Source: a virus | Lineage: Duplodnaviria > Heunggongvirae > Uroviricota > Caudoviricetes | Direction: 5' to 3' (one strand) | DNA length: 64,000 nucleotides | Virus record (IMG/VR): IMGVR_UViG_2880389630_000005 | Shown: piece by piece, positions 27,698 through 37,567 of the stretch | How positions within the stretch are numbered: the first letter of the stretch is position 1 | How the letters are laid out: every line of letters starts with the position of its first letter | Made by a program: the position numbers and the translations under genes | The notes under the pieces: model-generated | Databases searched by the model: none | What the model was told of the DNA's origin: nothing | Seen by the model: only the letters and a program-made list of their open reading frames with translations

Positions 27698-29111
27698 AAT
27701 TCAGTTTGACACCATTTCGGGCAGTATCCGTAAGCCCGGTGTGCATTTTGAGTTTAATACCCGGCTGGCCGTTAACACGTTGCCGGGTAACGAACAGCGT
27801 GTTCTGGTGATTGGCCCGATGCTGCCTGATGGCACCGCCACCCCCCTGAATGCGGTTTCTGTGTATTCCGAAGACGAAGCGGATTTGTATTTCGGGGCCG
27901 GTTCACTGGCCGCAGCAATGGCGCGCGCGGCCATTAACGCCAACAGCTATCTGCAACTGGATGTTATCGGTATTGCAGACGGTGGTGCAGGAAAAGCAGC
28001 AACAGGCGCAGTTAAAGTCACCGGCACTGCAACCAGCAGCGGTACGCTGTCGGTATGGATTGCTGGCGAGCAGATCGCCATTAATGTGGACGTCGGGGAT
28101 GAACCGTCGAAAATCATTCCGGCACTGGTGACGGCAATGACGCAGACGCCATCGCTTCTGGTCACGGGGGAATACAAATCTGACACCTCTCAACTGACAG
28201 TGACCGCCCGGACCAAAGGTACCTGGGGGAATGATATCACCCTGTCGGTATCCACCACTGCAACCGGCCTTGTAGTGGCTACCACGCCGATGGCGAGCGG
28301 CGAAATGGACCCGGATATTCAGCCCGCACTTGATGCGGTCTTTGCTGCCGGTCACAACATTCTGATTTGTCCGTTCAGTACCACGCCAGCCCTTGCCGCC
28401 CTGAAGCAGCACCTGGAGAAAACCGGGAACGCGATGGAACAGCGTGGCGCGATTGGTTGTGCGGGCTGGACAGGTAGTCTGGGAAACGGGATCACCCTGG
28501 CAGCCGGTGTGAACAGCGGGCGCGTGTCTGTCCCCTGGTATCGTGGTTCTGTGATGCTTCCTGCTGTGCTGGCCGCCATCTACGGCGCAGTAATGGCGAG
28601 CGAAGAAGACCCGGCACGCCCGCTGAACTCGCTGGCGCTGTCCGGGCTGGATGTGGTCGCCATGTCACAGCGCGAAAGCCGTAACGAGCAGGAAAGCGCC
28701 CTGCATAACGGCCTGACACCGGTTGAGGTTGGACCGGGTAATACGGTGCAGATTGTGCGTGCGGTCAGTACCTACACGGTGAACGCTCAGGGTGTGGCTG
28801 ATGTCTCGTTACTGGATATCACGTCCATCAGAACACTGGACTACACCCGCAAGGCGTGCCGCGAACGTATCAGCCTTCGCTTCCCGCGTGAAAAACTCAG
28901 CACCCGAACCATCGCAAAAGTGGAAAGCGAACTGTATGACGTGCTGCTCAAGCTGGAGGAGTCTGAAATTCTGGAGAATGTGGAAGCGAATAAGGCAAAA
29001 CTGCGCGTTCAGCGAAACGGGAAAGATGCAAATCGCCTGGACTGCGCGATCCCTGCCGACGTGGTTAACGGCCTGCATGTGTTTGCCGGTCGCATCGACA
29101 TGATTTTGTAA
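27690..29111 (+). CDS. Tail sheath protein (Mu L-like)
   Basis: 473 aa; contractile-tail sheath size and position. Confidence 0.9.
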   Translation: MSEIQFDTISGSIRKPGVHFEFNTRLAVNTLPGNEQRVLVIGPMLPDGTATPLNAVSVYSEDEADLYFGAGSLAAAMARAAINANSYLQLDVIGIADGGAGKAATGAVKVTGTATSSGTLSVWIAGEQIAINVDVGDEPSKIIPALVTAMTQTPSLLVTGEYKSDTSQLTVTARTKGTWGNDITLSVSTTATGLVVATTPMASGEMDPDIQPALDAVFAAGHNILICPFSTTPALAALKQHLEKTGNAMEQRGAIGCAGWTGSLGNGITLAAGVNSGRVSVPWYRGSVMLPAVLAAIYGAVMASEEDPARPLNSLALSGLDVVAMSQRESRNEQESALHNGLTPVEVGPGNTVQIVRAVSTYTVNAQGVADVSLLDITSIRTLDYTRKACRERISLRFPREKLSTRTIAKVESELYDVLLKLEESEILENVEANKAKLRVQRNGKDANRLDCAIPADVVNGLHVFAGRIDMIL

Positions 29112-29123
29112 GGAGCCTGATAA

Positions 29124-29498
29124 ATGTCCCTGAAAGAATATATCGGCTCGATTGTGTTGGAAATTGACAGCCAGGAAATCGAGATCACCGACCTTGATGT
29201 TCAGATCAACACCGGGCGAAAGCTGGTCAAGACCATGAACAAAACCGGCAGGGCTAAAGGCTTTGCCCGTGGCATTGCCACCTACGAACTGTCCGTTTCG
29301 GCGGTTATTCCTGATACCAACGAGCCGGACTGGGAAAATCTGGAAGGTGTGAAAATCTCGCTGTACCCGCTCAGTAACAGCGGCAAACGCACCTCTTATC
29401 TGGACTGCTTCACAACCGAAGTGGGTGAGAAATACACCGTCGATAATGAAGCGAAAATTGATATCAAAATGGCTGCACTCAGGAAGGTGGAAGGATGA
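29124..29498 (+). CDS. Tail tube protein (Mu M-like)
   Basis: 124 aa; follows sheath. Confidence 0.85.
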   Translation: MSLKEYIGSIVLEIDSQEIEITDLDVQINTGRKLVKTMNKTGRAKGFARGIATYELSVSAVIPDTNEPDWENLEGVKISLYPLSNSGKRTSYLDCFTTEVGEKYTVDNEAKIDIKMAALRKVEG

Positions 29499-29878
29499 CG
29501 ATTATCGCTACACAGACCGGCGAACTGTCCGATGGCCTGGTTTTTAACGGCACCATTCATAAAAACTTTGAGCTGCGTCTGCCGGTCATGCGTGATAACG
29601 GGCAGGCACTGGAAGAAACTGAAGAACGCTTTCAGACAGTGGACGGCTTCGCGGCGGATTATTACTACCGCTGTGCGGTGATGGCGGCAACGCTGGTCCG
29701 TCTGGGGGATATTCCGCAGGAAGAACTGACGGCGGAGCTGTTGCACGACAACATGACGCCGGAAGATTTTAATATTCTGCTGGCATCACGCAACGTCCTG
29801 AAGGTAAAGCGGAACGGCGGGAATCCCGGCTCGCCGGACTCCGGCTCGCAGTCCTTATCCTCGGGCGCTACGGAATAA
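29495..29878 (+). CDS. Tail assembly chaperone (Mu gp41-like)
   Basis: 127 aa; between tube and tape measure. Confidence 0.65.
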   Translation: MTIIATQTGELSDGLVFNGTIHKNFELRLPVMRDNGQALEETEERFQTVDGFAADYYYRCAVMAATLVRLGDIPQEELTAELLHDNMTPEDFNILLASRNVLKVKRNGGNPGSPDSGSQSLSSGATE

Positions 29879-29892
29879 CCGAAGAACAAATC

Positions 29893-30051
29893 ATGACCAT
29901 GAGCCGTCCCGAGCTGGACGGCTGGCTTGCCGCCGTTGACAGGCTGAACGGCGGCGGCTCAGGAAGAAAGGACACCTCACAGACCACCCGCCAGTCATTT
30001 AAATCCCTCAGAAAGAAACGCAGAAAAGGTAAACAGAAAAATGGCCGGTAA
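29893..30051 (+). CDS. Small basic ORF between chaperone and tape measure (possible frameshift extension)
   Basis: 52 aa, very basic tail; overlaps tape-measure start. Confidence 0.25.
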   Translation: MTMSRPELDGWLAAVDRLNGGGSGRKDTSQTTRQSFKSLRKKRRKGKQKNGR

Positions 30052-32314
30052 TTTCAAAGTTGGCATGACCCTGACTGCGAAGGACGAAGCCTCGCAGGTT
30101 CTGGAAAAGGGACAAAAACAGGTTATCAAAGCCACCGAAGGTGTAACAAAGGCAACCCGGAAGGCAGGCGCAGAGCAGACGCGTACCGGGCAGGAAAGCG
30201 TTAACAGCACGAAAAAGGCGGCAAAAGAGATACAGCGTGCCGCCCGTGCCCGGGAAACGCTCGGTATTCGTGCAGAACGTGAAATCCGGCGTGAAATTTA
30301 TCAGACGGTTGCCAGCTATAACCGTCTGGCCCGCGCCGGTTTTGAATCTGCGCAGGAGCAGGAGCGCGCCATGCAGGCCACCCGGGAAAAAGCCCGGGCA
30401 CTCAAGCGTGAACTGGATGGCGTTACTCAGGCACAGATGAAGATGGCGAAAACGCCTGTTATCCCCGAACGGGGGCGTTTTGCGCGTGCGGCTGCATTTG
30501 GCGGGAATGCCATGACAATAGGCGGCGGAATTATGGCAGGAGCCGCCATTATGACGCAACCAGTCAGAAATCAAATGAGTTATGAACGTCAGCTCAGCAT
30601 GATGGCGAACACGGAGTTCAGTGATGGTGGTCTGGAAGGCAGGCAGTTTGGGCGTGAAAAGCTGAAAAACAGTATCCGCGCGGCGGTAACGTATGGTGGC
30701 GGAACGAAAGAGGATGCAGCTGAAGCAATGAATGAGATGTTGGCCAGCGGCGCTTTTTCCTGGGATACCGCGAATAATCTCTTACCGCAGATTATGAAAT
30801 TTGCTACTGCATCCGGCGCATCTCCACGCGATCTGGTCACTATGGCGGCCAAAGCTAAACAAACATTTGGACTGACAGATGACGACCTCCCGGCCATGTT
30901 TAATATGGCTGTCGCAGCAGGTAAAGCGGGTAATTTTGAGCTACGGGATATGGCGGAATATCTTGGACCTCAGATGGCATTAGCTGGTAACGCCGGAATG
31001 AAAGGACTGGATGGACTCCAGAAATTACTGGCATTTAATGAGGTCGCAGGGATTGCCGCAGGCAGCAGCAGTGAAGCAGGTAATAACGTTGTAAACCTGC
31101 TGGCCAAACTTTTCAGTAGTGAATCAGCAACAAGGGCGAAAAGCATCACGATTGATGGCAAAGGTATTGATCTACCTGGTACGTTGACCCGAGCTATGGA
31201 AAACGGCATTGATCCGATAGAAGCATTTTCACGCCTCACTGATAAAGTCACCGCGAACAACAAACAATATCAGGAGCTTCAGAAGCGTCTGGCAGCAACA
31301 AAAGACAAAGGCCAGCAGGACAAAATCCTAGAGTCTATGGCGAAAATTCTTGAGGGGTTCGGTGTTGGTGAGCTTGTTGGTGATATGCAGGCACTGAAGG
31401 CAATCCTGGCTTACAGGAATAACCCGGAATACCTAAAGCAGGTCGAAACTGAAATCAGTCAGCAACGCACCCTGCCGGAAGGTCAGCGCGCCGGAGATCT
31501 GGATTTTAAATTCATGTCAGGTACGAATGATTTTAAAACCGAACAGGCTAAAAACACGCTTGAATTTTCACAAATGGACAGCGTGAAAAAGCTGGCTGAT
31601 GCGTCCGGTACTGTGGCCGATGCCATAAGCTGGGCGGGTGAAAAGTTTCCGGGGCTGACCACGGCAGTGGTGGGTGCTACGACCGCAATTGAAGCGATGA
31701 CCGCAGCGGCTCTGACATGGGCCGGGATCAAAATCCTGACCGGGGGTAAACCCGGTGGCAAGGCTGGCGAGGTTGTTGGTGATGTAATTGAAAACACGGT
31801 CAAAAAAGGCAAAGGATTTAAATTCCCCGGTATTGCCGGTGGCCTGCTTTCTTTAGGTGGCACTGTTACGGCACTGGCCACCGCAACCAGCCCGGAAGAA
31901 GACGCCGCCGTCGAAGGAAGCGAAGAACGCTGGAAACGCATCCGCGCCCGATACACCCAGGAAGAAATCGACGCCGCCCGCAAAAAATACCAGCCATGGT
32001 GGCAGTTTGGGGAAGGCTATTCCACCGAAAACGAAGAATGGTTGAGGCGCTGGGAGGAAGACAGGAAAAAAGCCGCAGCTGATGCCCTGCCATCACCGGC
32101 GCAGGTTAACAAAGCCGCAGGAAACACAAAGCCTGAACCGGCATCAACACAACCCGGACGCATCACCCAGCCGGAATACCTCACGCACTGGGGGCCACCT
32201 GCCAGCCCCATTAATTTCACCACACAACTGGTGCTCGATGGTCAGGTCGTGGCGGAGGCAGTGAACAAATACAACCTTCAGGACGGTAACAGAGGTACGG
32301 GAGGAACTTACTGA
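30041..32314 (+). CDS. Tail tape measure protein
   Basis: 757 aa; Ala/Gly-rich helical protein at the tape-measure position. Confidence 0.9.
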   Translation: MAGNFKVGMTLTAKDEASQVLEKGQKQVIKATEGVTKATRKAGAEQTRTGQESVNSTKKAAKEIQRAARARETLGIRAEREIRREIYQTVASYNRLARAGFESAQEQERAMQATREKARALKRELDGVTQAQMKMAKTPVIPERGRFARAAAFGGNAMTIGGGIMAGAAIMTQPVRNQMSYERQLSMMANTEFSDGGLEGRQFGREKLKNSIRAAVTYGGGTKEDAAEAMNEMLASGAFSWDTANNLLPQIMKFATASGASPRDLVTMAAKAKQTFGLTDDDLPAMFNMAVAAGKAGNFELRDMAEYLGPQMALAGNAGMKGLDGLQKLLAFNEVAGIAAGSSSEAGNNVVNLLAKLFSSESATRAKSITIDGKGIDLPGTLTRAMENGIDPIEAFSRLTDKVTANNKQYQELQKRLAATKDKGQQDKILESMAKILEGFGVGELVGDMQALKAILAYRNNPEYLKQVETEISQQRTLPEGQRAGDLDFKFMSGTNDFKTEQAKNTLEFSQMDSVKKLADASGTVADAISWAGEKFPGLTTAVVGATTAIEAMTAAALTWAGIKILTGGKPGGKAGEVVGDVIENTVKKGKGFKFPGIAGGLLSLGGTVTALATATSPEEDAAVEGSEERWKRIRARYTQEEIDAARKKYQPWWQFGEGYSTENEEWLRRWEEDRKKAAADALPSPAQVNKAAGNTKPEPASTQPGRITQPEYLTHWGPPASPINFTTQLVLDGQVVAEAVNKYNLQDGNRGTGGTY

Positions 32315-33663
32315 TGGGCTGGGCTGAAAACCTGCAAAACGCTTCCTTTCGTGGCGTGCAGTTTGAGGTGCTGAATACTGACGAACAAATCAGCCGCGAC
32401 CATGCGGTCTATGAATACCCGTTTGTTGACGGGGCGGATTTGCACGACCTCGGACGCAAGGCGCGACCGTTCCGCATGACGGCGTTCCTGTGGGGCGATG
32501 ACTATGAATATAAACTCGGGAAACTGACCGCCGCCCTGGATGAAGGCGGCGATGGTGAACTGATTCATCCGGTTTATGGCTCTGTGCCGTCGGTGATTGT
32601 GACCGGCTACAACATCCGCCATGACGCAGAAAGCCCGGACAGCTGCACCATTGACATGAGTTTTCTGGAAAACCGCACCGGTAGCGCGTTGTTCAGCACC
32701 CCGTTACCGGAGCTGTTCGCGCAACAGTTGTTTGATGAACTGGACACTTTACAGGCGCGGTTAAGTGATTTTTTTGATGCCGTTACTGCACCTTTAAATA
32801 CCGTTAACGGCATGATTAAAAAAGCCCAGACAGTGCGTGCCACACTGGTGAATACCCTGCTGTCGTTCAAAAGTGATTTTGTCTCCACTGTCGATAATAT
32901 CGTGTCACTGGCAGGCGAACCCGGAAAATTTATCAATGAACTGGCAGAGGTGCTGGAAATCCACACATCAGATGTCGGGCAACCGGTGCAGGTTCTGCAA
33001 CGTGTTGATTCTGCCACCCGGACCGGGTTGGCAGGAGAGACGACCGTCGCCAGTTCTGCGACAGTGATGAACTGCTGGAATAAGGTCATCACTGATATGG
33101 ATGAATTTGTTGCGTTGCCTGTTACCCTGGTCAGTGGCGATAAAGTAGCGGAGGTGGCACTTCCTGCGGATGCCTCGCCAGACGATGTGCAGGATGTGAA
33201 AGCAGTTTACGCAACACAGGCCGCATCTGAACTGGCCAGTGTTGCAATGGCGATACTGGTTGATGATGCGCAGTCAGAACAGCTTATACCGGCGGATATC
33301 GGGCGACTGGTCGGGGATGTGCGCACCCGCTTACAGGCTGCCATCACGCTGTTCCGTGAACGCTATGAAGGCGAACGCGAACGGATAACCGAAACCGCAT
33401 CACCGCTGGGGCTGATGTACCCGGAAATCATTCAGAGCATGAAAAACGTGGCGGCAACCGTGCAGGATGTCGGCCTGCTGGTTCTGTCACGCCGCCCACC
33501 GCTGACGCAGAAACAGGTGCAGGCGGACAGCTGTCTGCTGTTGCTGGCGTGGCAGTGGTACGGCGATTACAGTCGTGCGGCAGAACTGCAACGCCTGAAC
33601 CCGCAGTTACGTGACCCGAACAACATAACCGCCGGGGTGGTAATTAATGCCTACGCCAAATAA
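32314..33663 (+). CDS. DNA circularisation protein (Mu N-like)
   Basis: 449 aa; position after tape measure; Mu N-like N-terminus. Confidence 0.8.
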   Translation: MGWAENLQNASFRGVQFEVLNTDEQISRDHAVYEYPFVDGADLHDLGRKARPFRMTAFLWGDDYEYKLGKLTAALDEGGDGELIHPVYGSVPSVIVTGYNIRHDAESPDSCTIDMSFLENRTGSALFSTPLPELFAQQLFDELDTLQARLSDFFDAVTAPLNTVNGMIKKAQTVRATLVNTLLSFKSDFVSTVDNIVSLAGEPGKFINELAEVLEIHTSDVGQPVQVLQRVDSATRTGLAGETTVASSATVMNCWNKVITDMDEFVALPVTLVSGDKVAEVALPADASPDDVQDVKAVYATQAASELASVAMAILVDDAQSEQLIPADIGRLVGDVRTRLQAAITLFRERYEGERERITETASPLGLMYPEIIQSMKNVAATVQDVGLLVLSRRPPLTQKQVQADSCLLLLAWQWYGDYSRAAELQRLNPQLRDPNNITAGVVINAYAK

Positions 33664-34858
33664 CGAAGACAAAATTAGCCTGGTCATTGCCGGAAGGTCG
33701 CATTCTGACTGGAGCAGTTATCGTATTGACAGCGATTTCCTGAAAGCTGCCGACGGCTGGCAGCTTCAGCTGGGGCTGCCTGAAAAGGTGTTCCCGGCGG
33801 ATATCGTCCGGGGCGCACAAATCCGGTTGCAGGTGGGAGATGAAACGGTGCTCAGTGGGCGCATAGACAGCGTGCGCCGTAGTGTGTCCCGTCAGAGCTG
33901 CACGCTGGCCCTGTCCGGGCGTGATGATGCCGCCATCCTGGTGGACTGTGCCGCGCCGGTGTTCAGCGCCAACCAGCTGACGCTGGACGAGGTCATCGAC
34001 AGGATAGTCAGACCACTGGGGATACAGCGCATCCGTATACAGGCGTCCGGTGTGTCACGTAATGACAAAGTTGTTATTGAGCCGGGGATGCGTGCGTGGG
34101 ATGCACTGGCCAAAGCTGCCGCCGGTCGCGGCTTATGGCCGTGGTTTGAGCCTGACGGGACGCTGGTTGTGGGTGGCCCTGACTACACCACCACGCCGGT
34201 GGATACGCTGATTCTGAAGCTGAACGGCACCGGGAACAACGTGATGGAGCTGGACGATACCCGATCCATTAACGGCTGTTTCTCCGAACTGACGGTGCTG
34301 GCCCAGAGCCACGCCCGCCGCGCAGACAGCAAGAAACAGGTGGCCGTGGTGCCGCTGGATATCTGGAACGAGGACGGCAGCGTGCGCACATTATCCGGGC
34401 AGGACAGCGGTAATACGGACTGTGGTCAGACAGGCATTCATAACATGAAAGCCGTGGCCACCGACCCCACCGTGGATTATTACCGCCCGCAGATTATCAC
34501 CCAGGGCGACACCAGCAATCTGGAGCAGGTGAGCTGGCGCGCAAAAAAAATGATGAGTGATGCCCGCCTGTCGGGGCTGGATATCGTCGCACTGGTTGCA
34601 GGTCATCGCACGGCAGATGGTGTTCTGTGGCAGCCCGGCCAGCGGGTGCGGATTGTCAGCGAACTCCACGGCATTGATGCCATCTTTTTCCTGATGGGGC
34701 GTGAGTTCAGCGGAGGCCGGAACGGGCAGACAACCCGGCTTCGCTTTAAGGAGGACGGCGTGTGGATACCTGACGCCTTCCCGCGCGAGAAGAAACGCCA
34801 TCACCGCAGGGGCAAAAAGAAAAAAGAGGTCGCCATTGTTAAGGTCTGGGAGAAATGA
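33647..34858 (+). CDS. Tail/baseplate hub protein (Mu P-like)
   Basis: 403 aa; position. Confidence 0.8.
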   Translation: MPTPNNEDKISLVIAGRSHSDWSSYRIDSDFLKAADGWQLQLGLPEKVFPADIVRGAQIRLQVGDETVLSGRIDSVRRSVSRQSCTLALSGRDDAAILVDCAAPVFSANQLTLDEVIDRIVRPLGIQRIRIQASGVSRNDKVVIEPGMRAWDALAKAAAGRGLWPWFEPDGTLVVGGPDYTTTPVDTLILKLNGTGNNVMELDDTRSINGCFSELTVLAQSHARRADSKKQVAVVPLDIWNEDGSVRTLSGQDSGNTDCGQTGIHNMKAVATDPTVDYYRPQIITQGDTSNLEQVSWRAKKMMSDARLSGLDIVALVAGHRTADGVLWQPGQRVRIVSELHGIDAIFFLMGREFSGGRNGQTTRLRFKEDGVWIPDAFPREKKRHHRRGKKKKEVAIVKVWEK

Positions 34859-35508
34859 TGTGGGACAAGGTTAATCAGCGCGTACAGCAGGCACTGGCCG
34901 CCGTTCGCCAGGCATTCAGGGTGGTGATCGGTACGGTGGACAGTTCGACCAAAGTACAGCTGCTTCAGCTGAACGGGCTGGCAGGCGAACAGCTGGATGG
35001 TGCGGAGTATTTTCAGCATTACGGCCTCACCACATCCCCGCCGCCCGGCTCAATGGGTATTGCCGTTCCGCTGAATGGCAATACCTCCCATACCGTCATC
35101 GTGGCCACAGAGCACGGCGCATATCGCCTGACGGAACTGAAACCCGGCGAGGTGGCCCTGTATACCGACGAAGGCGCGAAAATCGTATTGAAGCGCGGGC
35201 GGATTATTGAAACAGAATGTGACGTTTACCGGGTGAAATGCAAACGCTATGAGGTTGAGGCAGAGGAGAACGCCGCATTCACGACACCGTTACTGACGGC
35301 CAGCGATAAGCTGACGGTGGAAGGTAAAATCACCGGCAACGGTGGCATGGCCATCCGTGGCGGCAAGGAATACGCCGCCACTTTTGAAGGCAACATCAAC
35401 CATGTGGGTGGTGTGCTTACCTCCGTTGATGTCACCATTAATGGCATTAAAATCGGAACACACAAACACCCAACCCCACACGGCATGTCTGACACGCCGG
35501 TTAATTAA
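34855..35508 (+). CDS. Baseplate assembly protein V-like (spike)
   Basis: 217 aa; gpV-like C-terminus. Confidence 0.8.
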   Translation: MMWDKVNQRVQQALAAVRQAFRVVIGTVDSSTKVQLLQLNGLAGEQLDGAEYFQHYGLTTSPPPGSMGIAVPLNGNTSHTVIVATEHGAYRLTELKPGEVALYTDEGAKIVLKRGRIIETECDVYRVKCKRYEVEAEENAAFTTPLLTASDKLTVEGKITGNGGMAIRGGKEYAATFEGNINHVGGVLTSVDVTINGIKIGTHKHPTPHGMSDTPVN

Positions 35509-35561
35509 GTGCTGAACACCCTCACCTGATTCTGACCTGTCCATGCTGCCAGACTGGCGGC

Positions 35562-35912
35562 ATGGACCAGACGATTTCACCTGCAACCGGCGACTACGAA
35601 CGCCGCCGGATTTATACACTCCATAACGCGGTTTATCTGCGACTGGCGACACCGCTTGGCAGTTACTGGGCGGATGCGTTGCTGGGGTCACGCCTGCACG
35701 AACTGAAGCGGGAAAAAGACGTTTCCCGTGTTCACAGGCTGGCGGCGCAGTATGCCAGCCAGGCACTTCAGCCCCTGCTTGATGACGGGCGGGCAAAATC
35801 CATTACTGTTGACACGAAACCGGGTCAGCGCGGCTGGCTGTTGCTGTTAATCACCGTCACGGATAACGCGGGCACACCGCAGACATTTGAACACCCTGTG
35901 AGGATTATGTAA
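35562..35912 (+). CDS. Baseplate protein (Mu gp46-like)
   Basis: 116 aa; position. Confidence 0.7.
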   Translation: MDQTISPATGDYERRRIYTLHNAVYLRLATPLGSYWADALLGSRLHELKREKDVSRVHRLAAQYASQALQPLLDDGRAKSITVDTKPGQRGWLLLLITVTDNAGTPQTFEHPVRIM

Positions 35913-36991
35913 TGCCGTTTCCTGTTCCGGGCGTTGCTGAAAACACAGAACGCCAGCTACGTGATATCGCTAACGCCCTGCCGGGAGAAACCATCGACAC
36001 CAGCGCTGACAGCGATTACCGCATTCGTGCAAATGCCGTATCCGGTGTGGCTGACGGGCTTTATATGCATCAGGGGTGGATACTCCGTCAGGTGTTTCCT
36101 GACACGGCAGACCCTGAATATCTGGAGCTGCACTGCCGCACGCGCAATGTTTTTCGTAAAAAAGCGACCGCCTCATCCGGTCCGGTGGTGATTACCGGCA
36201 CTCCCGGTAAGACACTGCCAGCCGGTGCGGAAATTCGTGGTGAAGGTGTCAGCGTGTCCACCACAGCAGACTGCACCATCGGCCACGAAGGCAGCGCAGA
36301 GGTGACGGTAAAAAGCACTGCCACGGGGGCACTGACGAATGCATCCACGACGCAGACGGCAACGCTGGTCAGTCCGCCGGAAGGCATCAACAGCACGGTG
36401 ACGATTAAATCCCTGACCGGTGGAACAGACAGGGAAAGCAACGCCGACCTGCTGGCGCGTTATCTGGACATTCTGCGCAGGCCGCCCGCTGGCGGTAATA
36501 AATATGATTACAAACGCTGGGCGCTGGAAGTGGATGGCGTTACCTCGGCATATGTGGAGCCATTACGTCGTGGACTGGGGACGGTTGATGTGGCCATTAC
36601 GTCAGCCAATGACCTTCCCTCGCAGGAACTGATTAATGCCGTGCTGGCACATATTGAGGAAGTCTGCCCGGTCACAGCAAAGGACACGATGGTACTGGCC
36701 CCGACGAAAAAAGCCGTTGATTTCGTTGTCCGGGTAAAAACCAGCGGCCTGACCGTTGAGCAGATAAAACCACAGATAACTGAAGTTATCACGGATTTTA
36801 TGAACCGACTGGAGCCGGGGCAGGAATTAATTATTTCACAACTGGAAACTCAGATTTCATTAATTTCTGGCGTCAGTGACCGGCGGATTATTATGCCGTC
36901 AGATAATGTAAAAGCAGTTGTCAATGAATCCACATGGGAGTGGCTGCGTCCGGGGAGTATTGATATCCAGCCATTTCCCCGGGAGAGTTAA
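35912..36991 (+). CDS. Baseplate J-like protein (Mu gp47-like)
   Basis: 359 aa; position and size. Confidence 0.85.
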   Translation: MPFPVPGVAENTERQLRDIANALPGETIDTSADSDYRIRANAVSGVADGLYMHQGWILRQVFPDTADPEYLELHCRTRNVFRKKATASSGPVVITGTPGKTLPAGAEIRGEGVSVSTTADCTIGHEGSAEVTVKSTATGALTNASTTQTATLVSPPEGINSTVTIKSLTGGTDRESNADLLARYLDILRRPPAGGNKYDYKRWALEVDGVTSAYVEPLRRGLGTVDVAITSANDLPSQELINAVLAHIEEVCPVTAKDTMVLAPTKKAVDFVVRVKTSGLTVEQIKPQITEVITDFMNRLEPGQELIISQLETQISLISGVSDRRIIMPSDNVKAVVNESTWEWLRPGSIDIQPFPRES

Positions 36992-36994
36992 TAC

Positions 36995-37567
36995 ATGAAT
37001 ACGGTTGATTTATTTCGTGCCATGTTACCACCGGTCAGCTATGACCCGAACGGGAAATATATTTCAACAGAACTGAACGCAGAAGCAGCCATTATGGATG
37101 AAGTAAAAGCGTCAGCTGCACGAGTGCTTGCATCTGTCACACCATTTTACGCATCCATGACACTGTCTGACTGGGAACGAGTGTATGAAGTAATACCCCG
37201 CGATGGTGCCACACAGCAGGAACGCCGAGAAAATATTCTTATAAAGATGGCTGCAACTGGTGGGTTATCTATCCCTTATTTTAAACAACTTGCAGCCAGC
37301 CTCGGGTACACCATAACAATTACTGAACTCCATCCATTTAGAACGGGGGTAAACCGATGTGGTGATCGTCTCTATATAACAGATGCCCGATGGATTTGGC
37401 AGGTTAATGTCACAGGAAGCAAAACGCCAGCTTACAGATTCAGAACCGGAGTATCTGCTGCCGGGGAACCGTTACTTTCCTTTGGTGCCCCTGTACTGGA
37501 AGAAACATTTAAAGAGCTTAAACCCGCTTTTACTTATTGCCATTTCACATATAAGGAGGAGCAGTAA
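36995..37567 (+). CDS. Tail protein (Mu gp48-like)
   Basis: 190 aa; position. Confidence 0.75.
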   Translation: MNTVDLFRAMLPPVSYDPNGKYISTELNAEAAIMDEVKASAARVLASVTPFYASMTLSDWERVYEVIPRDGATQQERRENILIKMAATGGLSIPYFKQLAASLGYTITITELHPFRTGVNRCGDRLYITDARWIWQVNVTGSKTPAYRFRTGVSAAGEPLLSFGAPVLEETFKELKPAFTYCHFTYKEEQ

